Shown one piece after another: positions 18,835 through 28,041 of a DNA stretch of 64,000 nucleotides. Numbering within the stretch: the stretch's first letter is position 1; every line of letters starts with the position of its first letter. The position numbers and the translations under genes are program-made. The DNA is from a virus (Duplodnaviria > Heunggongvirae > Uroviricota > Caudoviricetes). The stretch spans positions 1 to 64,000 of the IMG/VR virus record IMGVR_UViG_3300035497_000275; one strand, 5' to 3'. The notes under the pieces are model-generated. The model was given only the letters and a program-made list of their open reading frames with translations. It had not been told where the DNA came from and did not search any database.

Positions 18835-19806
18835 TTACTTGTACATATAATCCCGGAATTCGGCGTACTCATCATATTTGCTTGATAGAATATGTTTTGT
18901 CTTGGTCGTATAGGATTCTATTTCTGTCATGCCAAACAGCACCCGGATCGTATCATAATCCGCACGATCAATTTTACCGTGCTGCTTTTCGTATTGATAG
19001 ACACGATAGTACAGGCCAGACAGATAAATTCGATTCCAGCGAAAGATTTTTCCCGCATTTTCAGCGGCTTTATTCGCTGATGTGACCAGACTATTTAACT
19101 GCTTGACGGCGAACACAGCATTTTTATAACTGCGGAACAAATACTCGGATTGTTGATACCACAATGTTGTGCCGCCGAACTTATTAGAATCGTAGGACTC
19201 CGCATCCCGATAGGATACCAGAATTGACATTGCCCTTTTGGACAATTTAATCTGTTCTCCCGTAGCAGGATGAATAATTGAACCTTCGTCCTCGTTGATA
19301 TCTGTTTTAAGAATGTCTGGAAGATTTTTAACATCAATCCCATACCAAACCAATGTCGCAGCAGAACGAAACGTGTCAAACTCTGTTCCACGATTTTCAA
19401 ATGCCGCCTGAATGGAATTAAACAAATCATCGTAATCTACGAAATAAAATTTTTCATAGTATTCAGAACGGTTAATGTCGTTGAAATAAATATCCCGCAA
19501 CTGGATCAACGGCGAATCTGTTCCATTCCCTGTTTCATACATCCACTTCATGAAATCGTTAATTTTGCATTTGTAGGGGTTAAAACTGTTGCTTGTCATA
19601 AGACTGGACATAGAAAACATTTCAATCAAGTCTTGACGCTTGAGATCATTATAGGGAACATCAGGCTTCAAGCCGAAGAATCTAACCAGTAGAGCGGAGA
19701 TATTACGCTTGCTTGTGTCATTCATGTTAATGGATGACTCTTCAATGTAACGATCAACCAAATTTTGATCCAGCATAATATCACCTCTTCCTAAACATAA
19801 TAACAA
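18835..19806 (-). CDS. hypothetical protein
   Basis: 323 aa ORF; no recognisable motif. Confidence 0.45.
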   Translation of the reverse strand: MLLCLGRGDIMLDQNLVDRYIEESSINMNDTSKRNISALLVRFFGLKPDVPYNDLKRQDLIEMFSMSSLMTSNSFNPYKCKINDFMKWMYETGNGTDSPLIQLRDIYFNDINRSEYYEKFYFVDYDDLFNSIQAAFENRGTEFDTFRSAATLVWYGIDVKNLPDILKTDINEDEGSIIHPATGEQIKLSKRAMSILVSYRDAESYDSNKFGGTTLWYQQSEYLFRSYKNAVFAVKQLNSLVTSANKAAENAGKIFRWNRIYLSGLYYRVYQYEKQHGKIDRADYDTIRVLFGMTEIESYTTKTKHILSSKYDEYAEFRDYMYK

Positions 19807-19848
19807 ATTTCAGAATGATTGTCAAGAAGTTTTTTGCATTTATTGTTA

Positions 19849-20211
19849 TTATGCTGAAGTCCCAAGGCCAAGGCTAACCAGCATGGCGTAATTGATTTCC
19901 TGCATCTTTTCTTCCGTCACGCTGCCGACATAGTTCTCCAGTCTACTCTTGTCGATTGTCCTGACCTGTTCCAGCAGCACCGTTGAATCCATTGATAAAT
20001 TACTTTCGTTGCATGGAATTTCGATGTGCGTGGGCAGATTCTTCTTTTGCTTAGAAGTCAGAACCGCAACAATGATCGTAGGACTGTAATGATTCCCGAC
20101 ATTATTCTGAATTACGACCACGGGACGAGTGCCGCCCTGTTCAGACCCGATAGCGGGACTGAGATCGGCATAGTAGATTTCGCCTCTCATGATATTCTTC
20201 ATAACGAACAC
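19849..20211 (-). CDS. MazF/PemK-family endoribonuclease toxin (EndoA-like)
   Basis: RGEIYYADLSPAIGSEQGGTRPVVVIQNNVGNHYSPTIIVAVLTS..LPTHIEI..LLEQVRTIDKSRL is near-collinear with Bacillus EndoA/MazF. The likely true start is ATG at 20202 (MKNIMRGE), with a GGAAGGTG RBS. Confidence 0.8.
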   Translation of the reverse strand: MFVMKNIMRGEIYYADLSPAIGSEQGGTRPVVVIQNNVGNHYSPTIIVAVLTSKQKKNLPTHIEIPCNESNLSMDSTVLLEQVRTIDKSRLENYVGSVTEEKMQEINYAMLVSLGLGTSA

Positions 20212-20301
20212 CTTCCAACAACCTTTCTTGTTTTTCTGGTTATAGTATATACCACCTCACAAGAAAAGTCAATACCTTTTGTCAGGAAATATTGCCAAAT
20301 T

Positions 20302-21012
20302 TTACTCTCTGTCATAAAATTTGCGGGAAAACTCTCTGATTTCGTTGCACATTTGGCAATATTCTCCAGATAAGATTTCAACCATCGACTGGTCAAAGAT
20401 CAGTCTGCTTGTAATGGAGTTTTGGTTTTCTAAGTCGAAAACTCCTGCGTAGATACGATTTTGGTCATCGTTCATGCGAACTTGGAAACAAATCGTGCGG
20501 CAAAGCTGCATAGACTTACTCCGTCCATCCAACTGTGCATTGATGATATGGGAAATCCGCTCCTGCTGATGACGAGGAAGTTCCCCCAACAAGTAAGGAT
20601 CAACCACCAGAATCACCGTATCCAGTTCCTTAATATACTGGTTCAGATGATCACCGAAATAGGATGTATCCATAAAATCAAACACGTTGTTCCAGTGCCG
20701 CAGCTTACCAACCTTCATCGTCTGCGGCTTTTTATGTAGGGCTTCAATCTTATATGTTTCAGTGGGAGTTCGGCAGATGAATTCCGTTGCGCTCACCGCC
20801 CGAATCTCGATCAGAACATCGTCTGAAAAAACTGACAGTGCAAACAGCCTCCGAAATTCTAAAAATCCGTTCAAGACACATTCAACCCCCGTGGCCTTGA
20901 ATTGTTTCCAGTCATCAATTGTAATCTGAAACAGGTCATAATTGCTCAGAATGGCAACAAATGAAAGGATTTTTTCTTTTTCAACAATTTCCACATTGCT
21001 CATTTCAAACAC
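20302..21012 (-). CDS. hypothetical protein, paralog of 32702..33418
   Basis: 236 aa. Shares GFLEF(R/E)RLFA, V(I/V)L(V/I)VDP and (R/K)IYAGV(F/Y) blocks with the ORF at 32702..33418. Confidence 0.5.
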   Translation of the reverse strand: MFEMSNVEIVEKEKILSFVAILSNYDLFQITIDDWKQFKATGVECVLNGFLEFRRLFALSVFSDDVLIEIRAVSATEFICRTPTETYKIEALHKKPQTMKVGKLRHWNNVFDFMDTSYFGDHLNQYIKELDTVILVVDPYLLGELPRHQQERISHIINAQLDGRSKSMQLCRTICFQVRMNDDQNRIYAGVFDLENQNSITSRLIFDQSMVEILSGEYCQMCNEIREFSRKFYDRE

Positions 21013-21031
21013 ACTCTCCCAATTCTCTCAA

Positions 21032-21060
21032 TTGACAATCCCGTTTTTTGAACTTATAAT
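21032..21060 (+). promoter_or_regulatory. consensus sigma-A promoter TTGACA-17-TATAAT
   Basis: TTGACA at 21032..21037, 17-nt spacer, TATAAT at 21055..21060; about 100 nt upstream of the XRE gene. Confidence 0.6.
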
Positions 21061-21165
21061 TTGACTATATCTACAACAACTATCCGACATATTTTTAATA
21101 TTATCAGATAACTTTCACAATGTCAAGCTAAAATGAGATTATTTTCTCACAGGAGGTAGCAGTAT

Positions 21166-21528
21166 ATGGATTCAAGTATCTACTGGCGGATCAAAGAACT
21201 TTGCGACAGGCGAGGAATCACCATTACAAAGTTAGAAAAAGACTGCGGATTTTCCAATTCTACCGTCAAGAAATGGAAAAGTACGAGTACCCCAAACGCC
21301 GACACAATTCTTATCGTAGCAAAATACCTGAACGTTTCTACCGATTACCTCTTTGGTAACACCGACATTTGTACGCCAATTGACGAATACATAGGTAACG
21401 AAAATTATGTGAAGATGCAACGGAAAATGTCACGGATGAATTCAAAAGACCAAGAACGTGCGCTTCAAATGATTGATCTCGGCTTTCAAACCGCTTACGA
21501 TGATCAGGACAAGAATAAAAGCGAATAG
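21166..21528 (+). CDS. XRE-family helix-turn-helix transcriptional regulator (repressor-like)
   Basis: 120 aa. N-terminal HTH_3-like IKELCDRRGITITKLEKDCGFSNSTVKKWKS. Confidence 0.75.
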   Translation: MDSSIYWRIKELCDRRGITITKLEKDCGFSNSTVKKWKSTSTPNADTILIVAKYLNVSTDYLFGNTDICTPIDEYIGNENYVKMQRKMSRMNSKDQERALQMIDLGFQTAYDDQDKNKSE

Positions 21529-21580
21529 TCCTGAATATTGGACTTTGCATCTGTTATAATCCCTTATGAGGTGAACACCA

Positions 21581-22180
21581 TTGCTTAGATATGCCTATAT
21601 TTGCAACCAAGTCCTCCAGCTTTATCGGCAAATGCCGACTATTCAATTCCCCATTGACCCAAGACTTATCTTAGACCAAATTGAAAACTGCAAGACTATG
21701 ACTTATCAGACCTTCGCTGAAATCAACCACTGTTCGATCCAAGAAGTGTACACGATCTGCGAAAGTCAAAGCGGCTGCACCCATTATGATATTGTCAAAG
21801 ATCGTTACCTTGTCCTATTTAATTCCTCCACTGACAATAACAACGTGGCAGGAAGAATCCGCTGGACATTAGCACATGAATTAGGTCACATCATATTGAA
21901 GCACCTCCTTTATGTGGCTGATAAAAAGATTGCGGAACGAAATTTCAGAAATTTGTCCAACCCGGAATTAGAATCCGAAGCGGACTATTTCGCCTCCCTT
22001 CTGTTGGCTCCTATGCCGCTTTATAAGCAGCTTTCTATCCAGACGGCAAAGGATATTCAAACCACTTTTGGCTTGTCCTGTGAGGCCGCTGAATGCCGTT
22101 GGCGGGATTATCTGCGCTGGACACGCAATCACACGAAAACCGCATGGGAAAATGACTTGAAAAGGATATATCAATCTTAA
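21581..22180 (+). CDS. ImmA/IrrE-family zinc metallopeptidase
   Basis: 199 aa. HELGHIILKH (HExxH). TTG start with GAGGTGA RBS. Directly downstream of the XRE regulator. Confidence 0.75.
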   Translation: MLRYAYICNQVLQLYRQMPTIQFPIDPRLILDQIENCKTMTYQTFAEINHCSIQEVYTICESQSGCTHYDIVKDRYLVLFNSSTDNNNVAGRIRWTLAHELGHIILKHLLYVADKKIAERNFRNLSNPELESEADYFASLLLAPMPLYKQLSIQTAKDIQTTFGLSCEAAECRWRDYLRWTRNHTKTAWENDLKRIYQS

Positions 22181-22501
22181 CCTGTCAATTTACATCTTAC
22201 ACTCCAGCCTAAACTTCCGTTTGCTGGAACCACACCTTCGTTTCGTCCACGCCTCAGATGCAAATTGCGCTGACAGTTTCTAACCACCTAATAAGCGCAT
22301 ATTAGTTCTAACTCCCGCTTAATCCAGTCTGTTCTTGTTGTTCGACGTAGTTAGACGCTCATGCCCTTGAGCAGTTAGGCCATTTAAATTTGCCCCATCA
22401 CAGACTCGGTTTGCATTTTTTAAGCAAGTGCCGCTGCCACATTCCCATCTTGCCAACGTAGTCGCTGAACCAGCCATGATATATCATTTCACATGGACTT
22501 T

Positions 22502-22589
22502 TGGCGACAGCGGAGGGATTTGAACCCCCGGACGATTTCTCGCCTACGGTTTTCAAGACCGTTACCTTCAACCACTCGGTCACGCTGCC
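22502..22589 (-). tRNA. tRNA-Ser (anticodon UGA), CCA encoded
   Basis: Acceptor GGCAGCG/CGCTGTC, 3-bp D-stem, anticodon arm ACGGT-CTTGAAA-ACCGT, long variable arm, T-arm GGGGG-TTCAAAT-CCCTC, CCA. 88 nt. Confidence 0.85.
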
Positions 22590-22621
22590 ATGTATCTCCC
22601 TGTTTTACAGGGAGATTTTTG

Positions 22622-23350
22622 TTAAGCAACAGTTTCGTTATCCTCTGCGTTATCGTTCTGCTGCTTATTCTTGAATCTCAGGTTATTAGGCCAAATTGTA
22701 ACGGGAATTTTCTCTACCCCGAACATCTTATAGACCAGATAGGAAGTGTACCCATCAAACAGCACCATGTTCTCGTCCACCAGAATCGGTGTTTCACAAG
22801 CACCATGACTGCGGTACTCATCCAGACGCTTGTTCAACTTCTCGTTACGAGGCTGCGTCTTAGCGAAACTACTGGTGATCTTCACATCCGTCAGCAGAAC
22901 ATTCCTGCGCTCCAGATTGAAATATTCACAATCCTTCTGTGCGTCCTCCAGCGAAAAGTAAATGTTATCCTCCATCAGCTTCAGGACGTTGTTGGTTTCA
23001 CTACGAACATAATAGATCGTGGCAACTCGTCCATCAGGAAGAACATTCGCCTCCATCATTTCAATTACGGCTTGCTCAATCTGATACTTGATCTGACCGC
23101 TGGCCTTGATCGTCTTTTTACCACGGCACTCCGGGCAGACATAGGTTTTCACCGCATCAGGATTCATCAGAACATTCAAGAAGGAATCCGTCATCTTATC
23201 AACCGCTTCCGCCAGCGAATGGCAATCCTTTGTCACAGAATGACCAAGCCGAATCGTTCCATTGCCGCCGCACACTGGACACTCAATCCGCTTAATGGTT
23301 TTCAGATGGTAAATGGTATCACCGATGTTTCCGTTAATCTTCAGTTCCAT
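22622..23350 (-). CDS. hypothetical protein with CxxCxGxG zinc finger and possible ParB/Srx-like C-terminal region
   Basis: 242 aa. CPVCGGNGT and CPECRGKKT repeats. ETPILVDENMVLFDGYTSYLVYKMFGVEKIPVTIW resembles the ParB N-terminal motif but lacks GxxR. Confidence 0.4.
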   Translation of the reverse strand: MELKINGNIGDTIYHLKTIKRIECPVCGGNGTIRLGHSVTKDCHSLAEAVDKMTDSFLNVLMNPDAVKTYVCPECRGKKTIKASGQIKYQIEQAVIEMMEANVLPDGRVATIYYVRSETNNVLKLMEDNIYFSLEDAQKDCEYFNLERRNVLLTDVKITSSFAKTQPRNEKLNKRLDEYRSHGACETPILVDENMVLFDGYTSYLVYKMFGVEKIPVTIWPNNLRFKNKQQNDNAEDNETVA

Positions 23351-23487
23351 AGTTTTACCTCTTTCTTGTTTTTATAGTTATAATGTCTAAAAAATAAATA
23401 GGAAAGATTTTTATTTCTATCTTTTTACCTATTAACTCCTGACACTGATGATTATAATTGAATTTATCGTTATTGTCAATAGGTTTT

Positions 23488-23844
23488 TCAAATTTTCTTA
23501 AAAAACTTTGCGCCCTGAATTTTCGCCTCGTGATAGGTAGTCCGATTGCCACGGGCATTGGTGATCCACAGTTCCATTTCCTGCTCCTTATACTCCACCA
23601 AAACAGGCTCCACAAACCCATTCCACCACATAGAAACACACTGGTTATCCATCTTTTTAAGCTGGTCATATTTCAGTTCTTGTCTATCTGTACAAGGCGG
23701 AAACGGGCAGTTGTCGCACTCACTCCTATCACATCCCTGTGAAGGAGATTTTGCTGCCAAATAAATACCTAACAGCAGACAGAATCCCAAGACAACAATC
23801 ATCAAAATCATAGCGATTCTCCTTATTATGTAATCTAATATCAA
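23488..23844 (-). CDS. hypothetical membrane-anchored protein
   Basis: 118 aa. N-terminal TM helix, Cys-rich segment CDRSECDNCPFPPC. Preferred over the overlapping 23355..23669 ORF. Confidence 0.35.
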   Translation of the reverse strand: MILDYIIRRIAMILMIVVLGFCLLLGIYLAAKSPSQGCDRSECDNCPFPPCTDRQELKYDQLKKMDNQCVSMWWNGFVEPVLVEYKEQEMELWITNARGNRTTYHEAKIQGAKFFKKI

Positions 23845-24219
23845 TTACCAGCAATCATAGTCTGTGATATTTTCTTCCTCGCCGCACACTGGACACTTAA
23901 TGGAAATAGCCGTTCCAACTCCCGTGCCGACCAGATCATAGACATAATGACCACCATTCTTACAGGACGCATAATGACGCTCCCGGAACGCCTTTTGTGC
24001 GTTGCGCTCTTTTTCAGACAGCATCATTAAGGAGCGTTCATGCAAAGAATTGATTTCTGCATCACGGCTTTTAATTTCTTCTGCCTGATCATATTCTTTC
24101 AGCCTTTTCCGAAGTCGTGCATTATCATCACGAAGTTCCTGCACCTGTTCCGTGATTTTCTCCATTAACTGTTCAATGCTATAATCATGGAACACAAAAT
24201 GAAATCCCTTCTTTTTCAT
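23845..24219 (-). CDS. hypothetical protein (coiled coil plus C-terminal CxxC)
   Basis: 124 aa ORF. Confidence 0.4.
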   Translation of the reverse strand: MKKKGFHFVFHDYSIEQLMEKITEQVQELRDDNARLRKRLKEYDQAEEIKSRDAEINSLHERSLMMLSEKERNAQKAFRERHYASCKNGGHYVYDLVGTGVGTAISIKCPVCGEEENITDYDCW

Positions 24220-24228
24220 AATTCCTCC

Positions 24229-24438
24229 TTACTTATAATTGTTAATTAAAATCCACGGCGTTGTGAACCAAATTGTAAAAATCCAAAACATTGAACACAT
24301 TGCGGCAAATAACACAGAATCATTATCTTCATAAAGATGACTGTGCTTTTTGATATCCCTATGATTCAAATAACAAAATGTGAAATCAACGCACATAATT
24401 ACGATATACAGAAACGCCAAAAACGCAAACAATAACAA
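24229..24438 (-). CDS. small hydrophobic protein
   Basis: 69 aa, two predicted TM segments. Confidence 0.3.
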   Translation of the reverse strand: MLLFAFLAFLYIVIMCVDFTFCYLNHRDIKKHSHLYEDNDSVLFAAMCSMFWIFTIWFTTPWILINNYK

Positions 24439-24580
24439 CTATTTCACCACCTAATCTTGACGAATATTTAATTCCAAGCAGTCTGCACAAATTGGAGTAA
24501 ATTCATCCAGCATGAACATCTTATCTACCGATTCATACATTCCGCAAAATGGGCAAAGAAAGACGTATTCATTTCCTCTT

Positions 24581-24988
24581 TTAATACAATGATCTTTGTA
24601 AGGCATTACGATCCTCCCACTTTTCAACCCAATAATAGTTCTCTACATCGTCCTGTTTATCCAGATCAGCAATCGCTTCCTCTTTTGTTTTGAATACACA
24701 TGGGCAAATATGCCCCTTTGTCAAATTCACATACGACCATCCGCTGCCGTCCTTATGTGGAACTAAAAGCACATCTACATTGTCATTCTTTCGCAAAACT
24801 GTAATATGTAAGATATTATCCGACATTAAGATAGCCTTAATCGTTGGCACGGTTTTAGCGGATTGCACATACTTCATACAATCGCTTACTGTACCGCTGA
24901 CATAACCGTGTTTCTCCCATTCCTTTGCCCTTAATCGAAAAGCATCCAGTTTAGCAAGTAACTCGTCAGCATCAATTATCCGGGACAT
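24581..24988 (-). CDS. hypothetical protein (MSRIIDAD family, copy 1)
   Basis: 135 aa. N-terminus MSRIIDADELL is shared with the next gene. Confidence 0.4.
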   Translation of the reverse strand: MSRIIDADELLAKLDAFRLRAKEWEKHGYVSGTVSDCMKYVQSAKTVPTIKAILMSDNILHITVLRKNDNVDVLLVPHKDGSGWSYVNLTKGHICPCVFKTKEEAIADLDKQDDVENYYWVEKWEDRNALQRSLY

Positions 24989-25409
24989 TCATTTCACCCC
25001 CATCCATCTTCGCCCCACACTTTGGGCAATAATCAAGCCAACTATCAGAACTTCGTCCATTACATTCAGAACAATACAAATCATCGTACTCCATTCGCTC
25101 ATCTACTGTAATGGTATGTTCATTACCAAATTCATCTGTTCCAGTATATTGTCTGATACCGCCATGAATTGCTCGTTTCTTAACCCAATGACCATGACGT
25201 ATCGGTGTTGCATCTACGGTTGGCTGATCATCTATGCTACTCAGAAAATCGTTTGTATCATAAATATGTTCATTCTGTCCATTGTTCAGCCATTCCTCAC
25301 GCAGAATATCAGCATCAATAATTCTGCTCATTATTCTGCTCTCCATATCTGGTGTTCCATTTTTCAACAACGGTCTGATAGCCATTGATTTTGAAAACAG
25401 GTTCACCAT
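24972..25409 (-). CDS. hypothetical protein (MSRIIDAD family, copy 2) with C-terminal zinc ribbon
   Basis: Probable true start at about 25331 (MSRIIDADILREEW), minimising overlap with the upstream gene. CSECNG...CPKCGAKM. Confidence 0.4.
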   Translation of the reverse strand: MVNLFSKSMAIRPLLKNGTPDMESRIMSRIIDADILREEWLNNGQNEHIYDTNDFLSSIDDQPTVDATPIRHGHWVKKRAIHGGIRQYTGTDEFGNEHTITVDERMEYDDLYCSECNGRSSDSWLDYCPKCGAKMDGGEMNVPDN

Positions 25410-25578
25410 TTACAAGATGAAATTCAGAATTACAGGAAAAATCAATGCGACAATTTTCGCATCCACACGAATAAGACGCAGTAAACATCCCGTCATTTTT
25501 ATGTCCACAAGCATATTCCCTAATTCTTGCCTTACCACCACAAAACGGACACGGCTTCAAATCAGCCATCTTGTTCAC
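25315..25578 (-). CDS. Lar-family restriction alleviation-like protein
   Basis: 87 aa. N-terminal MADLKPCPFCGGKARI matches the conserved Lar-family start (LKPCPFCGG). Confidence 0.5.
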   Translation of the reverse strand: MNKMADLKPCPFCGGKARIREYACGHKNDGMFTASYSCGCENCRIDFSCNSEFHLVNGEPVFKINGYQTVVEKWNTRYGEQNNEQNY

Positions 25579-26027
25579 CTCTTTCTTTTTTGTTCAAACA
25601 CTTTTCGTAAAAATCCGCTGATCCATTCATCAGCAGAAATTTCTACTGGCTCAGATGGATATGTATGCTCTTTCCAAGCTGTTGTCGGAGAAACAATGTG
25701 TTGTCCCCACGGTAGATTCTTTGACATATCCCATGTAAACGAATGACCATCCCAATGAGCATAGTAAAAGTTGCCAACTCTCATACCAAGTAAATAGCTA
25801 TCTTCACTTTCACAATAATAAAAGCGATACAAGCCTACTTCCTGCTGCTTTTGTAATTCTTCTGATTTTGAAGTGGTTGAAGTAAAAGCCTCATTCGGAA
25901 AATCAATTTGCGGTAAACTGTTTTTCAATTCCTGCCTTGCCATCCATCCTGCTTGATTGGCCTCGCAAAAGACAGATTGGATTTCTGCATTATCCATTTT
26001 TATTCTCTCCATCATTGATGATATCAA
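25575..26027 (-). CDS. hypothetical protein
   Basis: 150 aa ORF. Confidence 0.4.
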   Translation of the reverse strand: MISSMMERIKMDNAEIQSVFCEANQAGWMARQELKNSLPQIDFPNEAFTSTTSKSEELQKQQEVGLYRFYYCESEDSYLLGMRVGNFYYAHWDGHSFTWDMSKNLPWGQHIVSPTTAWKEHTYPSEPVEISADEWISGFLRKVFEQKRKR

Positions 26028-26361
26028 GGAATTTTACAACTTCTCCCTCTTTCAATGTCGGGAACATATCATTATTCAGTTGAACACCTGTTCTTTTCTT
26101 TGATGTGTCGTACAAATAAGGATGTTTATTCGTCCCCATAAAGACGGCATCATACAAATAGAAAAATGAGCGCATAAGTGCTTGTGCATCCAACTTTTCC
26201 TGTTCTGTAAAGCGTGAAAATGTTTCAATGCCCCAATCTTTTGGACAATTAATAAAATTTTCATCACACAGTTTTTTCAATCTACATTCCGTGCAATGTT
26301 TTATTACAGAAACATAATCCACCAATTCTCCAAGTTTCAAATTGTTTAGTATACTGCTCAT
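25990..26361 (-). CDS. hypothetical protein
   Basis: 123 aa ORF, Cys-containing (CTECRLKKLC..CPKDWG). Confidence 0.4.
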   Translation of the reverse strand: MSSILNNLKLGELVDYVSVIKHCTECRLKKLCDENFINCPKDWGIETFSRFTEQEKLDAQALMRSFFYLYDAVFMGTNKHPYLYDTSKKRTGVQLNNDMFPTLKEGEVVKFLDIINDGENKNG

Positions 26362-26373
26362 GGTTCATCCTCC

Positions 26374-27213
26374 TTAATTATAGGACGCAACAAAAACAAA
26401 CTGGTTGATGTAGTCCGGCTGCTGTGTGAAGATAGGAATTTCCATATCAAAGCACCACTTATTTCGCACGATCTCACCAATCTTCACAGGCTTCTTTACA
26501 CAACAAGTACCACGCTTACAAGGTGTAGAGAAATCATTCCAGTTGATCCCCTTTTCTGTGAAAAGCATATCCTGAATCTTATCGCAGGATTGGTTCATCA
26601 ACTGCTTGTGGGAGAAATTAGCCTGACCGACAGATTGAATACTGTTCCGTGTGCAATCTACCTGTCTCCACACGAAGTAATTGGCAACATCATCCTTCGG
26701 CACATTGAATACACGGGCATCAAACAATGCCTTATCAAACCGGGATGTGTAAATCTGCGCCAGCTTCAAGGCATCCCGATCCACATTCGGATCATTTGTT
26801 CCGCCTTCATACCAGTCTGGCAAAGTCTCATTGCCCCATTCATCCACGTTCTTACGCCATGCGGCATTGAAGGCCATTGTTGCCATAGACGCTGAGACAC
26901 TACACATCTTCTGAAGCGTATTATCAAACCAAGAATCGCTTGCAATCGTCTGATAATCGACCAGCAACAGAGAAATTTCATCCGACTGTGTATAACCAAG
27001 CACACAGCCCTGAATATTTTCGCAGAGATACTTCATCGTATCCTGCATCGTTTTCATCAAAATCTGATCAAAAGGTTTCTTAAATCCTCTTGTAAATGTG
27101 TGAAAGGCTTTCCCATCAATCCGAATGATAACAGGCATACGCCGCACCAAATGCGCCCTTGTGACATTCTCGTAGGTTTTCATACGGTTGCCAAGATTAT
27201 CACGCTTATCCAT
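26374..27213 (-). CDS. Thg1-like protein (tRNA-His guanylyltransferase / 3'-5' nucleotidyltransferase family)
   Basis: 279 aa. KTYENVTRAHLVRRMPVIIRIDGKAFHTFTRGFKKPFD and YTQSDEISLLLVD match the Thg1 catalytic RIDG..FH.F and SDE blocks. Confidence 0.8.
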   Translation of the reverse strand: MDKRDNLGNRMKTYENVTRAHLVRRMPVIIRIDGKAFHTFTRGFKKPFDQILMKTMQDTMKYLCENIQGCVLGYTQSDEISLLLVDYQTIASDSWFDNTLQKMCSVSASMATMAFNAAWRKNVDEWGNETLPDWYEGGTNDPNVDRDALKLAQIYTSRFDKALFDARVFNVPKDDVANYFVWRQVDCTRNSIQSVGQANFSHKQLMNQSCDKIQDMLFTEKGINWNDFSTPCKRGTCCVKKPVKIGEIVRNKWCFDMEIPIFTQQPDYINQFVFVASYN

Positions 27214-27634
27214 TATTCTGTTCCTCCTTTAAAATTCCCAAGTCAATTAACTGGTTGATTTTCTGCAAGAAACGCTCCTGAATCAGCAAGTCGTTCTCAC
27301 ATTCAATGTCTTTTTCCTGAAAGAATTGTTTGAAAGAATAGCCGCACATTCCACCATAGGACGTAAAATAAAACCTGAATTTCCCGGCGTATGCTTTAGC
27401 GTTCTCATCGTAAATTCCAATCCAATAGGAAGTATTCGTTCCAAACTGTTCATCCGCTGCTGTCCCAGCAGATTCACAGATACACCACGCCTGAATCCCG
27501 CTGTTCCTCCAAAACAACGGTTCATGTATCAGACTTCTATCTGCGATCCGCAATTTACGGATTTTTGCAGGAGTTAAATTGTACTTGTTTTCTACCGTAG
27601 GTTTTCTCATGTTCTCCACCTTATGTAATTGCAT
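27206..27634 (-). CDS. hypothetical protein (likely starts at 27610, MRKPTVENK)
   Basis: An internal ATG with AAGGTGGAG RBS sits directly after a copy of the 17-bp motif. Confidence 0.4.
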   Translation of the reverse strand: MQLHKVENMRKPTVENKYNLTPAKIRKLRIADRSLIHEPLFWRNSGIQAWCICESAGTAADEQFGTNTSYWIGIYDENAKAYAGKFRFYFTSYGGMCGYSFKQFFQEKDIECENDLLIQERFLQKINQLIDLGILKEEQNNG

Positions 27635-27644
27635 TTATGGTTAT
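27628..27644 (-). promoter_or_regulatory. conserved 17-bp motif ATAACCATAAATGCAAT (copy 2)
   Basis: 16/17 match to the motif; immediately upstream of the RBS of the 27610 start. Confidence 0.4.
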
Positions 27645-27655
27645 GTGATGAAAAA

Positions 27656-27961
27656 TTAAACAGTCACTCCGGGTACTGTTTCCGCTGCACAATCCATGAT
27701 AAACCCATCAAACAGGCTCGGCGTAGGATTTGCGCCGTTCAACTGCGCCCAATGCTTTCGCTCTGCTGGAATTGTCCAGTCCTTGATTACATCTTCCAAA
27801 GTTTCATACTGGAATACTACACGTTCCACTGGACAGACCACAAAAATCTCATGGTGTCTGGTTTGCAACTCGATCTGACACGTCTGGTCTTTCTGCAACC
27901 CACACTTTGGTTTTCCTATGTACTTGCCAGAAATCATTTTTACCTCCCTTTCTTTTTCCAT
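27656..27961 (-). CDS. hypothetical protein
   Basis: 101 aa ORF. Confidence 0.35.
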   Translation of the reverse strand: MEKEREVKMISGKYIGKPKCGLQKDQTCQIELQTRHHEIFVVCPVERVVFQYETLEDVIKDWTIPAERKHWAQLNGANPTPSLFDGFIMDCAAETVPGVTV

Positions 27962-28041
27962 TCATATAATTTCTGCTCAATTCGCCACTTGAACAGTTGC
28001 CAACGGAATTTAAAATTGAAACGAAAACGTTTCATTGCAGA

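Noticed and set aside
20199-20396. 65-aa ORF upstream of MazF as a possible antitoxin
   Set aside because: It overlaps the preceding 236-aa gene by 95 nt in another frame. It has no RBS (neither at its annotated start nor at the internal ATG at 20315) and no RHH/AbrB-like sequence. Left as unproven.
22502-22589. tRNA-Ser as a prophage attachment site next to the immunity genes
   Set aside because: The tRNA is complete (acceptor to CCA). Phage-type genes continue on both sides. The recombinase gene is 24 kb away. More likely a phage-borne tRNA than an att remnant.
23355-23669. ORF 23355..23669 overlapping 23488..23844 in another frame
   Set aside because: Only one can be real. The 23488..23844 frame has an N-terminal TM helix and tighter spacing to neighbours.
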